Shown: positions 54,283 to 64,000 of the stretch, in pieces | Layout of the letters: each line of letters opens with the position of its first letter | Position numbering within the stretch: the first letter of the stretch is position 1 | Assembly: GCA_034521815.1 (NCBI GenBank) | Contig: JAXHLW010000001.1 | Location: 160,001-224,000 of the forward strand | Length of the DNA stretch: 64,000 bases | Source of the DNA: Trueperaceae bacterium | GTDB lineage: Bacteria > Deinococcota > Deinococci > Deinococcales > Trueperaceae | Direction: 5' to 3' | Notes under the pieces: model-generated | The model's database searches: none | Told to the model about the DNA's origin: nothing | The model's input: the letters and a program-made list of their open reading frames with translations, nothing else | Position numbers and translations under genes: made by a program

Positions 54283-55968
54283 CTACGCCCCTCGGACCGT
54301 CCGGCCCACACGTTCGACACGCTCGTCCAGCGGCGCCAGCAGCTCGCGTAGATCGTCGTTCGTGCGAGCCAGGCTCAGCCTGCGGCGAGCGCGCGTCACG
54401 GCTACGTACAGCAGGTTCAGCTCGGCACGCGCGGCCTCCGGATCGGGCGCGCGCGCCAGGGCGTCTGCGTCCATCGCCACGCGCGGAAGGTCGCTCCATA
54501 GCTCGACGTGATCCCACTCCCTGCCCTTGGCGCGGTGCACGGTGGAGAGGACGATCGGCGCGTCGCGCTCGCTCGGTCGACTGGCGTCCAGCAGCGAGCT
54601 GCACAGGCCCGGAACGTCGTTTCCGTGGGTGTCGACCAGGCGTCGCAAGGTACGCAGCGCGCCCCCCTGGACCTCCGCCGCTTCGACCAGCTCGTCCCAG
54701 CTGGCGAAGCCGGTCGATGGGGCCCTGTCCGCAGGCCCACCTTGCGCGGGCGTGCGGTCACGAGCCGGGGGTGCGCCCCGGCCACCCCGGCCACCCCGGC
54801 CGCGCCCGCCGCCGGGGGCACCCCGGACCCCCCTTCGCGCCCAGAGCGCGTGCGCGGCTCGCAGCGACGCGACCGTGGCGTCCAACCCGCCGACGACGTG
54901 CACGCCTTCGTCGGCGAACGCGAGCGTCGCCTCGATCACCCCGAGATTCGTTCGGCAAAGCACGGCCCTCGCGTCGCCACGGTCGATCGGCTCGAGCGAC
55001 ACGTCGCCCGACGGCCCGACGCCCGCCAGCCGGGCCCCTGGCGCCAACGCGTGCAGGACGCGGCGGGCCACGTCGGCGATCTCGGGACCGAAGCGAAACG
55101 ATCGTGTCAGTCGCACCTCGGGGTAGCCGGACGCCGCCATCGCGTCGACGGCGCCTCGCCATCCGTAGATCCGCTGAGCCGGATCGCCGACCAGCAGACG
55201 GGCGCCAGCCTGACGCTGGAGGGTGGACAGCATGACCGGAGCGAGGTCTTGGGCCTCGTCGACGAGGAGAAGCTCCGCGTCGATCCGGGTCCCGCGGAGG
55301 TCGAACAGCTTCAGGTAGCCGTCGTGATCGAGGGCCGCGGGATCGTCCGGGTCGACCATGCGCTCCCACGCCCTGCGGACGCGACGCACCAGCCAGCGGG
55401 TCCGCTCCGCGGCGCGCTCCGTGCCCAGCGTCATGACGAGGCGAGCCCGAAGCGCGGCTGGAAGGTGGCCGTCGTTCGGCGTGTCGTCGGCGCTGGCGGT
55501 GAATCGGCTCAGCAACGCGCGCAGCGCTTCGACATGCCCGTTCGCGCCCGGGTCGTGCGGATCGAGGCCGGCCAGCTCGGTCCACGCCGTCCGCGTGCGG
55601 CCACCCGAAGCGGCGGCGAGCTTCGCCCGCATCCGAGCGTCGGGCGCCACCACCGACCGGAACGCCAGGGCGTGCAAGGTGGTCGTCCGCACGTGCGCGG
55701 GGAACGAGCCGCGCGCCTCGTCGGCGATCGCCCGGTTGAACGCCAGGAGGACCGTGGGCCGTGGCGCGGTGCGCTGGGCGACGGCGCGAAGCGTATAGGT
55801 CTTGCCGCTCCCCGCCCGAGCGACGATGGCGCCGTCGTGACCGCCCGCCGCGAGGTCCACCGCCCGTCGCTGCTCGTCCGACAGGACGGGCGCGATCGGC
55901 GGGTCGTCCGCACTCGCGGCCGCGGACGAACGGGAACGGAGGACGGCGTCGCGCCGGGAAGCGGTCAC
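54283..55968 (-). CDS. UvrD/Rep-like superfamily 1 helicase
   Basis: LSDEQ, ARAGSGKT, VDEAQD, VGDPAQRIYGWRGA, LTRSFRFG, TVHRAKGREWD, YVAVTRAR; -10 TAGCGT 5 nt before GTG 55968. Confidence 0.85.
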   Translation of the reverse strand: MTASRRDAVLRSRSSAAASADDPPIAPVLSDEQRRAVDLAAGGHDGAIVARAGSGKTYTLRAVAQRTAPRPTVLLAFNRAIADEARGSFPAHVRTTTLHALAFRSVVAPDARMRAKLAAASGGRTRTAWTELAGLDPHDPGANGHVEALRALLSRFTASADDTPNDGHLPAALRARLVMTLGTERAAERTRWLVRRVRRAWERMVDPDDPAALDHDGYLKLFDLRGTRIDAELLLVDEAQDLAPVMLSTLQRQAGARLLVGDPAQRIYGWRGAVDAMAASGYPEVRLTRSFRFGPEIADVARRVLHALAPGARLAGVGPSGDVSLEPIDRGDARAVLCRTNLGVIEATLAFADEGVHVVGGLDATVASLRAAHALWARRGVRGAPGGGRGRGGRGGRGAPPARDRTPAQGGPADRAPSTGFASWDELVEAAEVQGGALRTLRRLVDTHGNDVPGLCSSLLDASRPSERDAPIVLSTVHRAKGREWDHVELWSDLPRVAMDADALARAPDPEAARAELNLLYVAVTRARRRLSLARTNDDLRELLAPLDERVERVGRTVRGA

Positions 55969-56202
55969 GCCGAACGCTAGCGAACCGACCGGAGGGCGAA
56001 CGGCTGCGTCAGGGTTCGGACCGGTGGTCGCCCGGCCGCCGCCCAACACTGCCGGGCGTACGGGCCGACCCGGTCGCCGAGCCGGTCGCCGAGCCGGTGT
56101 CCCGGACGGCGTCGCGGATCGGCCATGCGCCCCCCGTCGCTGAGGCATCGTGAGCGCAGCCACGCGGGTACGATCGCGAGCCCGGCTCGAGGAGGAACCA
56201 AG

Positions 56203-57748
56203 GTGAGAAAGGTCACAGATCCAGGTAGCGGAACCGCACACGTTCGAAGCGGACACGGTCGTGGTGGTGCTGGTCGGCGCGTCGCGTCGACCGTCATCGC
56301 AGCTTCGGGCGCTCGACACCGCGCTGGGCGGCGAGATCGCCGCGCGCCAGGACCTCGGCGAGCTCGGTATCGACGGGGGAGGGCCCGCGTCGATACCGGG
56401 ATTGGACCGGGTCGGTGCGGCCCGGCTGGTGGTCGTGGCGTCGGGAGCGGACGCCACGCCGGACCAGGTCCGTGGCGCCGCGGCCGCTGCCGGACGCGCG
56501 GTCGCACGGAACGGCGCGGAGCACGTCGCGATCTGGGTCGAGCATGCCTCCGACACCGACACCGACACCGACACCGGGATCGACACCGACGCCCTGCCGG
56601 GCCCGGATCGGCACGTCGTCTTGGGGCTGGTCACGGAGGGGTTCCTGCTGGGGGCGCACCGCGTCCGCAGCTACGCTCGGGACGACGATCGTCCCGCGGT
56701 GCCGGACCGGCTCACGGTGCTCGTTTCCGATCAGGCCGATCACGAGGCGTCGGAGCGGGCTGCCCAGGAGGCGGCGATCGTCGCCGAGTCGGTGGGCTGG
56801 AGCCGCGATCTGGTGGACGCGCCGCCCAACCGGCTCACCCCTGTGGCGCTGGCCGAGGCGGCGGCCGCAGCGGGACGCGAAGCCGGCATGCGCGTCACGG
56901 TGCACGACGAGGCGTGGATGGAGACGCAAGGCATGGGCGCCCTGCTGGCCGTCGCGCAAGGATCGGCGAACCCGCCCCGCATCGTGGTGCTCGAGCATCG
57001 GCCAGGCGAGAGCGAGCTACCCAGCGTCGCCTGGGTCGGCAAAGGGGTCACGTTCGACTCGGGTGGCCTGTCGCTCAAGGACCGAACCTCGATGCCGGAC
57101 ATGAAGGGCGACATGGCGGGCGCCGCCGCCGTCCTGGGCGCGGCGCTGGCGGTCGCTCGAATGGATCTGCCGGTGCGGATGGTGACGGTGGCGGTGTGCG
57201 TCGAGAACATGCCGGACGGCGGCGCCTACCGACCCGCCGACGTGGTGATCGCGGGGGACGGCACGGCGATCGAGATCGTCTCGACCGACGCGGAGGGACG
57301 GCTGGCGCTGGCCGACGCGCTGCTCCTGGCGCAGCGCTTCGGCACCGATGTCGTCGCGGACGTCGCCACCCTGACCGGTGGAGCGATCGTGGCGCTGGGC
57401 AAGGGAACGGCGGCTGCTGCGTTCGCGACGGACGATCGTTGGCTCGACACGCTGAAGGAGGCGGCCCGTTCGAGCGGCGACGCCATCTGGCCCATGCCCA
57501 TCTACGACGACTACCTGCGCGCCATCGCCAGCCGCGTGGCGGACCTCAAGAACGGCGGGGTCCGCGAAGGATCGGCCGGTATCGGCGCGGTCTTCCTGCG
57601 GCGCTTCGCGCCGCCTCGCTGGGCGCACCTCGACATCGCCGGGGTCGCCTGGACCGACGAGCCCAAAGGCGTGTGGAACGCCGGAGCGACCGGGTTCGGG
57701 GTGCGGCTGGCGGTCGATGCGACGCGGCGGCTGGCGAGCGACGCTTGA
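56203..57748 (+). CDS. pepA: Leucyl aminopeptidase (M17), probable +1 frame break at about 56208
   Basis: VGKGVTFDSGG, MKGDMAG, STDAEGRL, ATLTG; GGAGG RBS plus GTG 56203 is one base out of frame with the body. Confidence 0.88.
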
Positions 57749-57763
57749 CGCCAAGCCGCCTGC

Positions 57764-58105
57764 TCACTCGATCGGCCGGAGGTCCTCCATGATCTGCCAG
57801 CCGACGCCCTCGGGGGTGTCCTCGAGAGCGGCCTGGAGCGTTTCGGCCAGCCACGGCACCAGCCTGCCGGCGCTCTCCTCGTCGTCGGCGAACGTCAGGA
57901 CGGTGAGCTGGTACACGCGCTGCGTGGCGGCCATCGTGCCGTCGTCGAAGAACGAGAACGGCGGACGTGGCAGCTCGTCCCACAGCACGTGAACGTCCGG
58001 CTCGAGCCGTTCCGGCAAGTAGCGGGCGAGGTCGACGTCGAGCTCGCCCGGAAACCACAGGTAGCCCTGCAGCAGCTTGATCGGTCGCTGGGCGTCGTCG
58101 TTCAC
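57764..58105 (-). CDS. DUF3208-like Deinococcota protein
   Basis: IKLLQGYLW, PPFSFFDDGT...YQLTV, TPEGVGWQIMEDLR. Confidence 0.6.
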   Translation of the reverse strand: MNDDAQRPIKLLQGYLWFPGELDVDLARYLPERLEPDVHVLWDELPRPPFSFFDDGTMAATQRVYQLTVLTFADDEESAGRLVPWLAETLQAALEDTPEGVGWQIMEDLRPIE

Positions 58106-58722
58106 GCCTCGGGGTCGATCCCGGTCGGTACGTCGGGAAGCAGCGCGCGCCAGTCGGCGAGGAATGCGTCGAGATCCACGATGTGGATCGCGGCGTAGCC
58201 CAAGGCGCGGGCGGCCACGACGTTGCGCTCCGCGTCGTCGATGAACACGGTGGCCTCTGGAGGCACCTCCAGGGCTTCGGTCAACGCCGCGAACGCGGCC
58301 GCATCGGGCTTGCGCACACCGATCTCGTTGCTGAACACGAACCGCTCGATGCGCTGCATGCGAGGGTCGTGCCGCACGCGGTCGCACAGCACCGGGACGT
58401 TGTTCGACAGCATGCCCACCGTGTAGTCGGCCGGAATGGCGCCCAGGATGGCGAACATCGCCGTCCGTTCGCGCACGGCGCCGAGGAACGTCTCGGTGAA
58501 CGTCGGCTCGTCCAGCTCGGTGCCCGTCGTCTCGACGAACCTCGCGTGGAAGCCGGTCATGTCGAACGCGCCCGTCTCGAAGTCGGCCATCAGGTCCAGG
58601 TAGGGACGCTCGATCGAGGTGGGCTCGACGCCCGCCCGTCGGGCGAGCGCGACGATGGCGCTCTGGTCGAAGGTGCCTTCGGTGAACACGCCACCCCAGT
58701 CGAACGCGACGGCGCGGATCAT
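58102..58722 (-). CDS. HAD-family phosphatase
   Basis: FDWGGV, LSNN, KPD, FIDD. Confidence 0.9.
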   Translation of the reverse strand: MIRAVAFDWGGVFTEGTFDQSAIVALARRAGVEPTSIERPYLDLMADFETGAFDMTGFHARFVETTGTELDEPTFTETFLGAVRERTAMFAILGAIPADYTVGMLSNNVPVLCDRVRHDPRMQRIERFVFSNEIGVRKPDAAAFAALTEALEVPPEATVFIDDAERNVVAARALGYAAIHIVDLDAFLADWRALLPDVPTGIDPEA

Positions 58723-59591
58723 GGTGCCCTCACGACGTCGCGGGGCGACTGCAGGTCGGGAGCAGGACCCGGTCCCGCCTCGACCGGCGGTGCACGCCGC
58801 TTCGTGGGGCGGGGGCCCACCTCCTCGCGGTACCAGGCGAAGAAGATCACGACGAACGGGATCCCGAACGCGACCAGCCCGCCGACCTTCATGATCGCGC
58901 CCGCCAGCGCCTGCTCGGAAAGCGCGTCCATTCCGAGGGTCCAGGGCGCACTCCCGTACGTCGGGTAGAGCACCGCGTCGGCGAACGTGATCGTGCCGAA
59001 CACGGGGATCTGGAACACCGGAAGCAGGAACAGGTAGATGAGACGAAGCATGTGCGAGAGCCGCGGAAACTCAGGGACCCGGCTCATCAGCGGCCACCAC
59101 ATCAGCAGCGCGGTGGCGAGGAAGAGGAGGTGCTCGGCGTGGTGCAGGCTCGGGTTCCTGAGCGCGGCTTCGTAGATCGCGGGCACGTGCCAGGCGGAGA
59201 AGAAGAAGGTGAACAGGCCGATCGCGACGATCGGATTGGTGAGCACGCGCGCCACGGGCGCGATGCCGGGCCGCAGGAGCCAGGGCCTGAGCATCCAGAC
59301 CGGAACGCTGGCCAGCAGCAGCGGCGCCGCGAGGTACGCGATCCCGAGGTGCTGAACCATGTGGGCGGTCAGGCTGTAGCGCTCGGCGAGGTCGTGAAGA
59401 GGCGATCCCTCGAACAGGTAGAGCAGGGCCAGGGCGGCGTAGTAGCCGAGCGCCGAGCGGACCGGGAACGGTCGACCGGGCGCGAGGCGCTGACGGAGCG
59501 GCCCCGCCGCGAGCGCGAAGAGCGTCGCGAGGGTGATCAGCCCCCCGAGGAGGACGGGATCGGCTTGCCAACCGAGATACAGCTCAGGCAT
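58719..59591 (-). CDS. ctaG: Cytochrome c oxidase assembly factor (caa3_CtaG family)
   Basis: SPLH, AHMVQHL, WHVPAIYE, HHAEH, EQALAGAIMK. Confidence 0.88.
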   Translation of the reverse strand: MPELYLGWQADPVLLGGLITLATLFALAAGPLRQRLAPGRPFPVRSALGYYAALALLYLFEGSPLHDLAERYSLTAHMVQHLGIAYLAAPLLLASVPVWMLRPWLLRPGIAPVARVLTNPIVAIGLFTFFFSAWHVPAIYEAALRNPSLHHAEHLLFLATALLMWWPLMSRVPEFPRLSHMLRLIYLFLLPVFQIPVFGTITFADAVLYPTYGSAPWTLGMDALSEQALAGAIMKVGGLVAFGIPFVVIFFAWYREEVGPRPTKRRAPPVEAGPGPAPDLQSPRDVVRAP

Positions 59592-59671
59592 CGGACCTCC
59601 ATGCTACGTCGCGGACCGAGGCGCACGCCCCGGCCCGCGAACACGATTTCACGCGCAGCCGGCGTCGCCGG

Positions 59672-60742
59672 TCAGGGAAGCGCCAGCTCGTCCCGCAGGT
59701 CGTGCACGTCGCTTCCGGCGAGGCCTTTGCCGCGTTCGGATGCGACCTCGTCGGTGTCGAACGGCGTGAACCCGTCTGGCAGGTTCGCTGCGTTGTCCCA
59801 TTCGTGCGACACGTAGTTCGTGACGGCTGCGATCTGCTCGTCGTCGAGCTGGCTCCATGCGGGCATGACGCCGTTGTAGGTCTGGCCCGAGACGCGGATC
59901 TGGCCTTGCAGTCCGTAGAGGAGGGTGTCGATCAGGTAGGTTCGGCCGCCGTCGGGTGTCAGCAGGTCGGGCACGTGGTCGGCCAGTGGCGGGAACGCTC
60001 CGGGGATGCCCTGTCCGTTGGCCTGGTGGCATGATGCGCAGTTCGCTCCGTACACCTGGGCTCCGAGCTCCTCGTCCCAAACGCCATCAGCGGCCTGCGC
60101 GGCCGTCGCCTCGTCGCCAGCCGCTTCGCCGTCGTCACCTACGGCCCCCGCGCCGTCGGCCTCCACAGGAGCCTCGTCGGACTCGGTCTGTGCCGCTGGA
60201 GGAGCGGCGGTCGTCAGCGTCCAGCCTTCGGTCTGCGCCGCGGGCGGTGCGACGGACCACGACAGGTTCTTCGGCCGTGCGTCGCCCAGCACGGACGACA
60301 GCTCGCGAGCGTAGCCGTCCGATTCGATCAGCTCGAGCGTTCGCTCGTCCAGGCCCTCGTCGCCATGGTCGTCCTCTGCGGCTTCGCCGTGCAGGAACTG
60401 GCCTTCCGGCGCGACCTGCGAGCGGACGAAGCTGAGGGAGCTGGGCGCCGTCATCAGGAACACGAAGGCGACGAAGGTACCGAGGCCCATCACCATGCCG
60501 CTTGCGAAGAAGCCGGAGTAGGTGACGTCATCGTCCTTGAGGTGCATGAAGAACAGGATCACCATCACGAACTTGACGACCGAGAGGATCATCAGCAACC
60601 AGAGCGTGGCCGTGTCGCCCAGCCAGGCGATCTCGTACTCGACGATCGCGAACTCGACGTAGGTGATGACGCCCAGGATCAGAGCGACGACGATGTACTC
60701 GCCGACGCCGTGCTTCTTGTGTTCGTTTGCGCCGTGTGCCAT
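59672..60742 (-). CDS. Cytochrome c oxidase subunit IV fused to a C-terminal class I cytochrome c
   Basis: ITYVEF, KFVMVILFFMHLK (subunit IV); acidic linker; CASCH...GAFPPL...YNGVMP. Confidence 0.8.
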   Translation of the reverse strand: MAHGANEHKKHGVGEYIVVALILGVITYVEFAIVEYEIAWLGDTATLWLLMILSVVKFVMVILFFMHLKDDDVTYSGFFASGMVMGLGTFVAFVFLMTAPSSLSFVRSQVAPEGQFLHGEAAEDDHGDEGLDERTLELIESDGYARELSSVLGDARPKNLSWSVAPPAAQTEGWTLTTAAPPAAQTESDEAPVEADGAGAVGDDGEAAGDEATAAQAADGVWDEELGAQVYGANCASCHQANGQGIPGAFPPLADHVPDLLTPDGGRTYLIDTLLYGLQGQIRVSGQTYNGVMPAWSQLDDEQIAAVTNYVSHEWDNAANLPDGFTPFDTDEVASERGKGLAGSDVHDLRDELALP

Positions 60743-60749
60743 GACCGCC

Positions 60750-61370
60750 TTAAATGAAGTCCACGAGGTAGACGAGCGTGAAGATGACGATCCAGACGAT
60801 GTCGACGAAGTGCCAGTACAGGCCGGCGACCTCGAGGTAGGTCGCGTCCTTCGCACGCATCGGCCGGACGTAGCTCGCCACCACGATCGAGAGGAGCCAG
60901 AGCACGCCGATGGCCACGTGGACGCCGTGCGTGCCCGTCAGGACGAAGAAGGTGCTGCCGAACAGATTGCGGTCCAGGGTGAGGCCGAGCTCGACGAAGT
61001 GCGAGAACTCGTACACCTGGAAGCCCAGGAAGATCGCGCCGAAGAACGCGACGCCGAACGTCCACAGCCGGAAGCGGGGGATGTCGTCCTGGCGCAGCGA
61101 GTTGAGCGCGAGCACCATCAGGAACGAGCTCATCAGCAGCACGAAGGTGCTGACCGTGGTGAGGGGGATGTCGAGCACGTCGAGCGGGTAGGGGCCGACG
61201 ATGCTGCGCCCCTTGTAGATCAGGTACGTCCCGATCAGCGTTCCGAAGAACATCACGTCGGAGGCCAGGAAGATCCACATCAGCAGCTTCGTGTCGGGAA
61301 GCGTGCTGCTCCGCCAGCCGTGGCTCTGAGTCTCCGCGGGCACGCCCGCGGACGGGGCTTGGCCGGCCAT
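60750..61370 (-). CDS. ctaE: Cytochrome c oxidase subunit III
   Basis: WIFLASDVMFF, TGTHGVHV, GLYWHFVDIVWIVIF. Confidence 0.92.
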   Translation of the reverse strand: MAGQAPSAGVPAETQSHGWRSSTLPDTKLLMWIFLASDVMFFGTLIGTYLIYKGRSIVGPYPLDVLDIPLTTVSTFVLLMSSFLMVLALNSLRQDDIPRFRLWTFGVAFFGAIFLGFQVYEFSHFVELGLTLDRNLFGSTFFVLTGTHGVHVAIGVLWLLSIVVASYVRPMRAKDATYLEVAGLYWHFVDIVWIVIFTLVYLVDFI

Positions 61371-63274
61371 CAGTCTCCCGCTCCTTCCTGCGCCGAGGAG
61401 CGCGGGTGAACGTGATGCCCGCCGACCCCTTCGAACGCCCAACCGTAGGTCGAGGCGACGACGACGACCCCCATCAGGATCGCGAGCGGCCAGTTCGCGT
61501 ACATCACGCCGTAGCCGCCGATGAACACGGCCAGGGAGAGGAGGAACGGGTACCAGCTCTGTCCAGGCATGTGGATGCCGCCGGCGTCGAAGTCGACCCC
61601 TTCGTACTCGCTGCCCTCGTCGGCGTGCGCCAGGTCGGGGTACTTCTTCGCCCACCAGGCGTCACGGTCGGTCGCGATCGGCTGCTCGTCGAAGTTGTGG
61701 TGCGGGGGCGGGCTGCTGGTGCTCCACTCGAGCGTTCGGGCGTCCCACGGATCGTCGCCGGCCGGCTGGCCGCTACGGAACGCGTGGATGAAGCCCAGCA
61801 CGGCCATGATCAGGCCCGTGCCCATCACGAACGTACCGGCGGTGGAGACCAGGTTCCAGATCTCCAGGCCCAGGCCGGCGTCGTACGTCTGGACCCGACG
61901 CGGCATACCCAACAGGCCAGCGAAGTGCTGGGGCATGAAGATCATGTTGAAGCCGACGAAGGTGAACCAGAACGACGCCAGCGCCCAGCGATCGGAGAAC
62001 ATCTTGCCGGTCAGCTTCGGGAACCAGTAGTACAGGCCGGCGAAGAACGCGAACAGGGCGCCGCCACCCATCACGTAGTGGAAGTGCGCGACCACGAAGT
62101 AGGTGCTGTTGGCCTGCGCGTCGAACGGGGGCATGGCCAGCATGATGCCGGTGATCCCGCCGATGACGAACATGAACAGGAACGCGAGGGCGTACACCAT
62201 CGGGGTCGCGAAGCGGATCGATCCGCCCCACATCGTGCCCAGCCAGTTGAAGATCTTGACGCCGGTCGGGATGCCGATCACGAAGCTCGTCAGGCTGAAC
62301 GCGGTGTTCGCGACGGGACCGAGGCCGGTCGTGAACATGTGGTGGCTCCACACCGCGAACCCCATGAAGGCGATGAAGATGCCCGACAGAATCATGACCG
62401 GGTACCCGAACAGCGGCTTGCGCGAGAAGGTCGGGATGACCTCGGAGATCACGCCGAACGCTGGGAGGATGATGATGTACACCTCGGGATGCCCGAAGAT
62501 CCAGAAGAGGTGCTGCCAGAGGATGGGAAGCCCGCCGGCGGCCGGCACGTAGAACAGCGTCCCGAAGGTGCGGTCCATGATCACCTGGAACAGCGCGATG
62601 GTGAGGGGCGGGAACGCGAAGATGATCATGAACGCGGTGACCAGCACCATCCACACGAACACCGGCATGCGCATCATCGTCATGCCGGGCGCGCGCATGC
62701 TGAAGATCGTCACGATCAGGTTCATCGCGGTCACCAGGGTTCCGATACCGCCGATGAACAGGCCGATCATGTAGAAGTCGATACCGTTTCCCGGGTTGTT
62801 GCTGAGCGACGTCAGCGGCGCGTAAGCGAACCAGCCGGCGTCGGGCGCGCCGCCGAGGAAGAAGCTCGTATAGACGAACAGTCCCCCCAAGGCGTAGATC
62901 CAGTAGCCGAACGCGTTCAGCCTGGGGAACGCCAGGTCGCGCGCGCCGATCATGAGCGGCACGAAGTAGTTCGCGAAGCCCGTGCCGAGCGGCATGATCG
63001 CGAGGAACACCATCGTCAGGCCGTGCATCGTGAACAGCTGGTTGTACACGTCGGGGCTGACGAGCTGCTGGTTCGGAGCGGCGAGCTGCAGGCGGATCAC
63101 GAACGCCTCGATGCTGGCCAAGGCCAGGAACGTTCCCGAGGTCAGCATGTACAGGATGCCGAGCCGCTTGTGATCGACCGTCGTGAGCCAGCTCGCGATG
63201 CCCGACGACCCGTGGGGTCGTTGCAGCAAGCCCGCGTCGGCCGACGAGCCGGTGGAGCGTCTACCGATCGCCAT
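61370..63274 (-). CDS. ctaD: Cytochrome c oxidase subunit I (A1 type)
   Basis: DHKRLG, FTMHG, WIFGHPEVY, WSHHMF, VVAHFHY, GMPRR. Confidence 0.97.
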   Translation of the reverse strand: MAIGRRSTGSSADAGLLQRPHGSSGIASWLTTVDHKRLGILYMLTSGTFLALASIEAFVIRLQLAAPNQQLVSPDVYNQLFTMHGLTMVFLAIMPLGTGFANYFVPLMIGARDLAFPRLNAFGYWIYALGGLFVYTSFFLGGAPDAGWFAYAPLTSLSNNPGNGIDFYMIGLFIGGIGTLVTAMNLIVTIFSMRAPGMTMMRMPVFVWMVLVTAFMIIFAFPPLTIALFQVIMDRTFGTLFYVPAAGGLPILWQHLFWIFGHPEVYIIILPAFGVISEVIPTFSRKPLFGYPVMILSGIFIAFMGFAVWSHHMFTTGLGPVANTAFSLTSFVIGIPTGVKIFNWLGTMWGGSIRFATPMVYALAFLFMFVIGGITGIMLAMPPFDAQANSTYFVVAHFHYVMGGGALFAFFAGLYYWFPKLTGKMFSDRWALASFWFTFVGFNMIFMPQHFAGLLGMPRRVQTYDAGLGLEIWNLVSTAGTFVMGTGLIMAVLGFIHAFRSGQPAGDDPWDARTLEWSTSSPPPHHNFDEQPIATDRDAWWAKKYPDLAHADEGSEYEGVDFDAGGIHMPGQSWYPFLLSLAVFIGGYGVMYANWPLAILMGVVVVASTYGWAFEGVGGHHVHPRSSAQEGAGD

Positions 63275-64000
63275 GGCTACCTCCGAGCGAGGCTTGCGCC
63301 TCTGGACTGGACTGCGTACCGAGGCTGAGCAGGTAGCTCGCGACCGCGGCGATCTCCTCGTCGGCGTTCGGATCGTTTTCCTGCCAGAGCTGCGGCATGT
63401 AGTTGCCCGGCTTGATCGCTTGGGGGTCGCGCAGCCAGGCTTCGAGGTTCTCGCGGTCGTTCGGGAGGACGCCGGCCGCGAGGGTGTTTCGAAGACCGAA
63501 GTTCGTCAGGTTGGGGAAGTCGGGGGTGCCGATGGGGGCCCCGTCGCGGTAGCCCTGGACGGCGTGGCAGTTCGCGCAGCCTTTCGAGGTGAAGAGCTGG
63601 TAGCCGCGCTGAACCTCCGGATCGCCCTGGACGGCCCGTGAGTCCACGGTCTGGAACGTGTCCACCCACGCCTCGAACTCGGCGTCGGTCTCGGCGATCA
63701 CCCGGAACTTCATGTAGGCGTGCGCGCCCAAGCACAGCTCGGCGCACTGGCCGTAGTACATGCCGGGGTCGGGAGCCTCGATCCAGAGCTGGTTGTTCTG
63801 GTTCGGGATCAGGTCGCGCTTGCCGGCGAGGCGAGGAACCCAGAAGCTGTGGAGCACGTCGGCCGAGTCGAGGTTCAGGATCACACGACGGCCGGCGGGG
63901 ATGTGGAGCTCGTTGGCCGTGACGACGCCCAGCTCGGGGTACTCGAACCGCCACCACCACTGATAGCCGGTGACGTTCACGATCACGTCGCCCGCTTCGG
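63261..64000 (-). CDS. ctaC: Cytochrome c oxidase subunit II with fused cytochrome c (caa3 type), 5'-truncated
   Basis: DVLHSFWVP, CAELCLGAHAYM CuA site, CANCH...NYMP heme c. Confidence 0.95.
   Translation of the reverse strand, partial: EAGDVIVNVTGYQWWWRFEYPELGVVTANELHIPAGRRVILNLDSADVLHSFWVPRLAGKRDLIPNQNNQLWIEAPDPGMYYGQCAELCLGAHAYMKFRVIAETDAEFEAWVDTFQTVDSRAVQGDPEVQRGYQLFTSKGCANCHAVQGYRDGAPIGTPDFPNLTNFGLRNTLAAGVLPNDRENLEAWLRDPQAIKPGNYMPQLWQENDPNADEEIAAVASYLLSLGTQSSPEAQASLGGSHGDR

Noticed and set aside
55969-56634. N-terminal extension of the helicase ORF
   Set aside because: Overlaps pepA and the divergent promoter region; a -10 box supports the start at 55968

Overview
GC-rich chromosomal segment of a Deinococcota (Deinococcus-Thermus) bacterium, most like Trueperaceae. 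Lineage markers are a stand-alone 23S-5S-tRNA-Gly operon without 16S, Gfh1, a DdrH-like protein, a double-OB-fold SSB and many apparently leaderless genes. Content is mostly housekeeping and stress adaptation: two compatible-solute ABC systems, MscS, PFOR plus a DHODH-like partner, amtB-glnK, speA/aguAB, nfo/nucS, lysS, pepA and a caa3-type oxidase operon. No mobile element, prophage or CRISPR array was seen. Best leads: (1) an unannotated ~160-nt rod-shaped RNA with its own promoter at 705-866 with 6S-RNA-like architecture; (2) a palindromic operator candidate overlapping the amtB -35 box; (3) an orphan Bacteroidota-type gldC; (4) an oxidase subunit IV-cytochrome c fusion; (5) a second SSB lacking the acidic tip. 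Several single-base frame breaks look like assembly indels and create false gene fusions in the ORF track. All family calls come from motif recognition and all RNA structures from hand pairing; no searches or folding programs were run.
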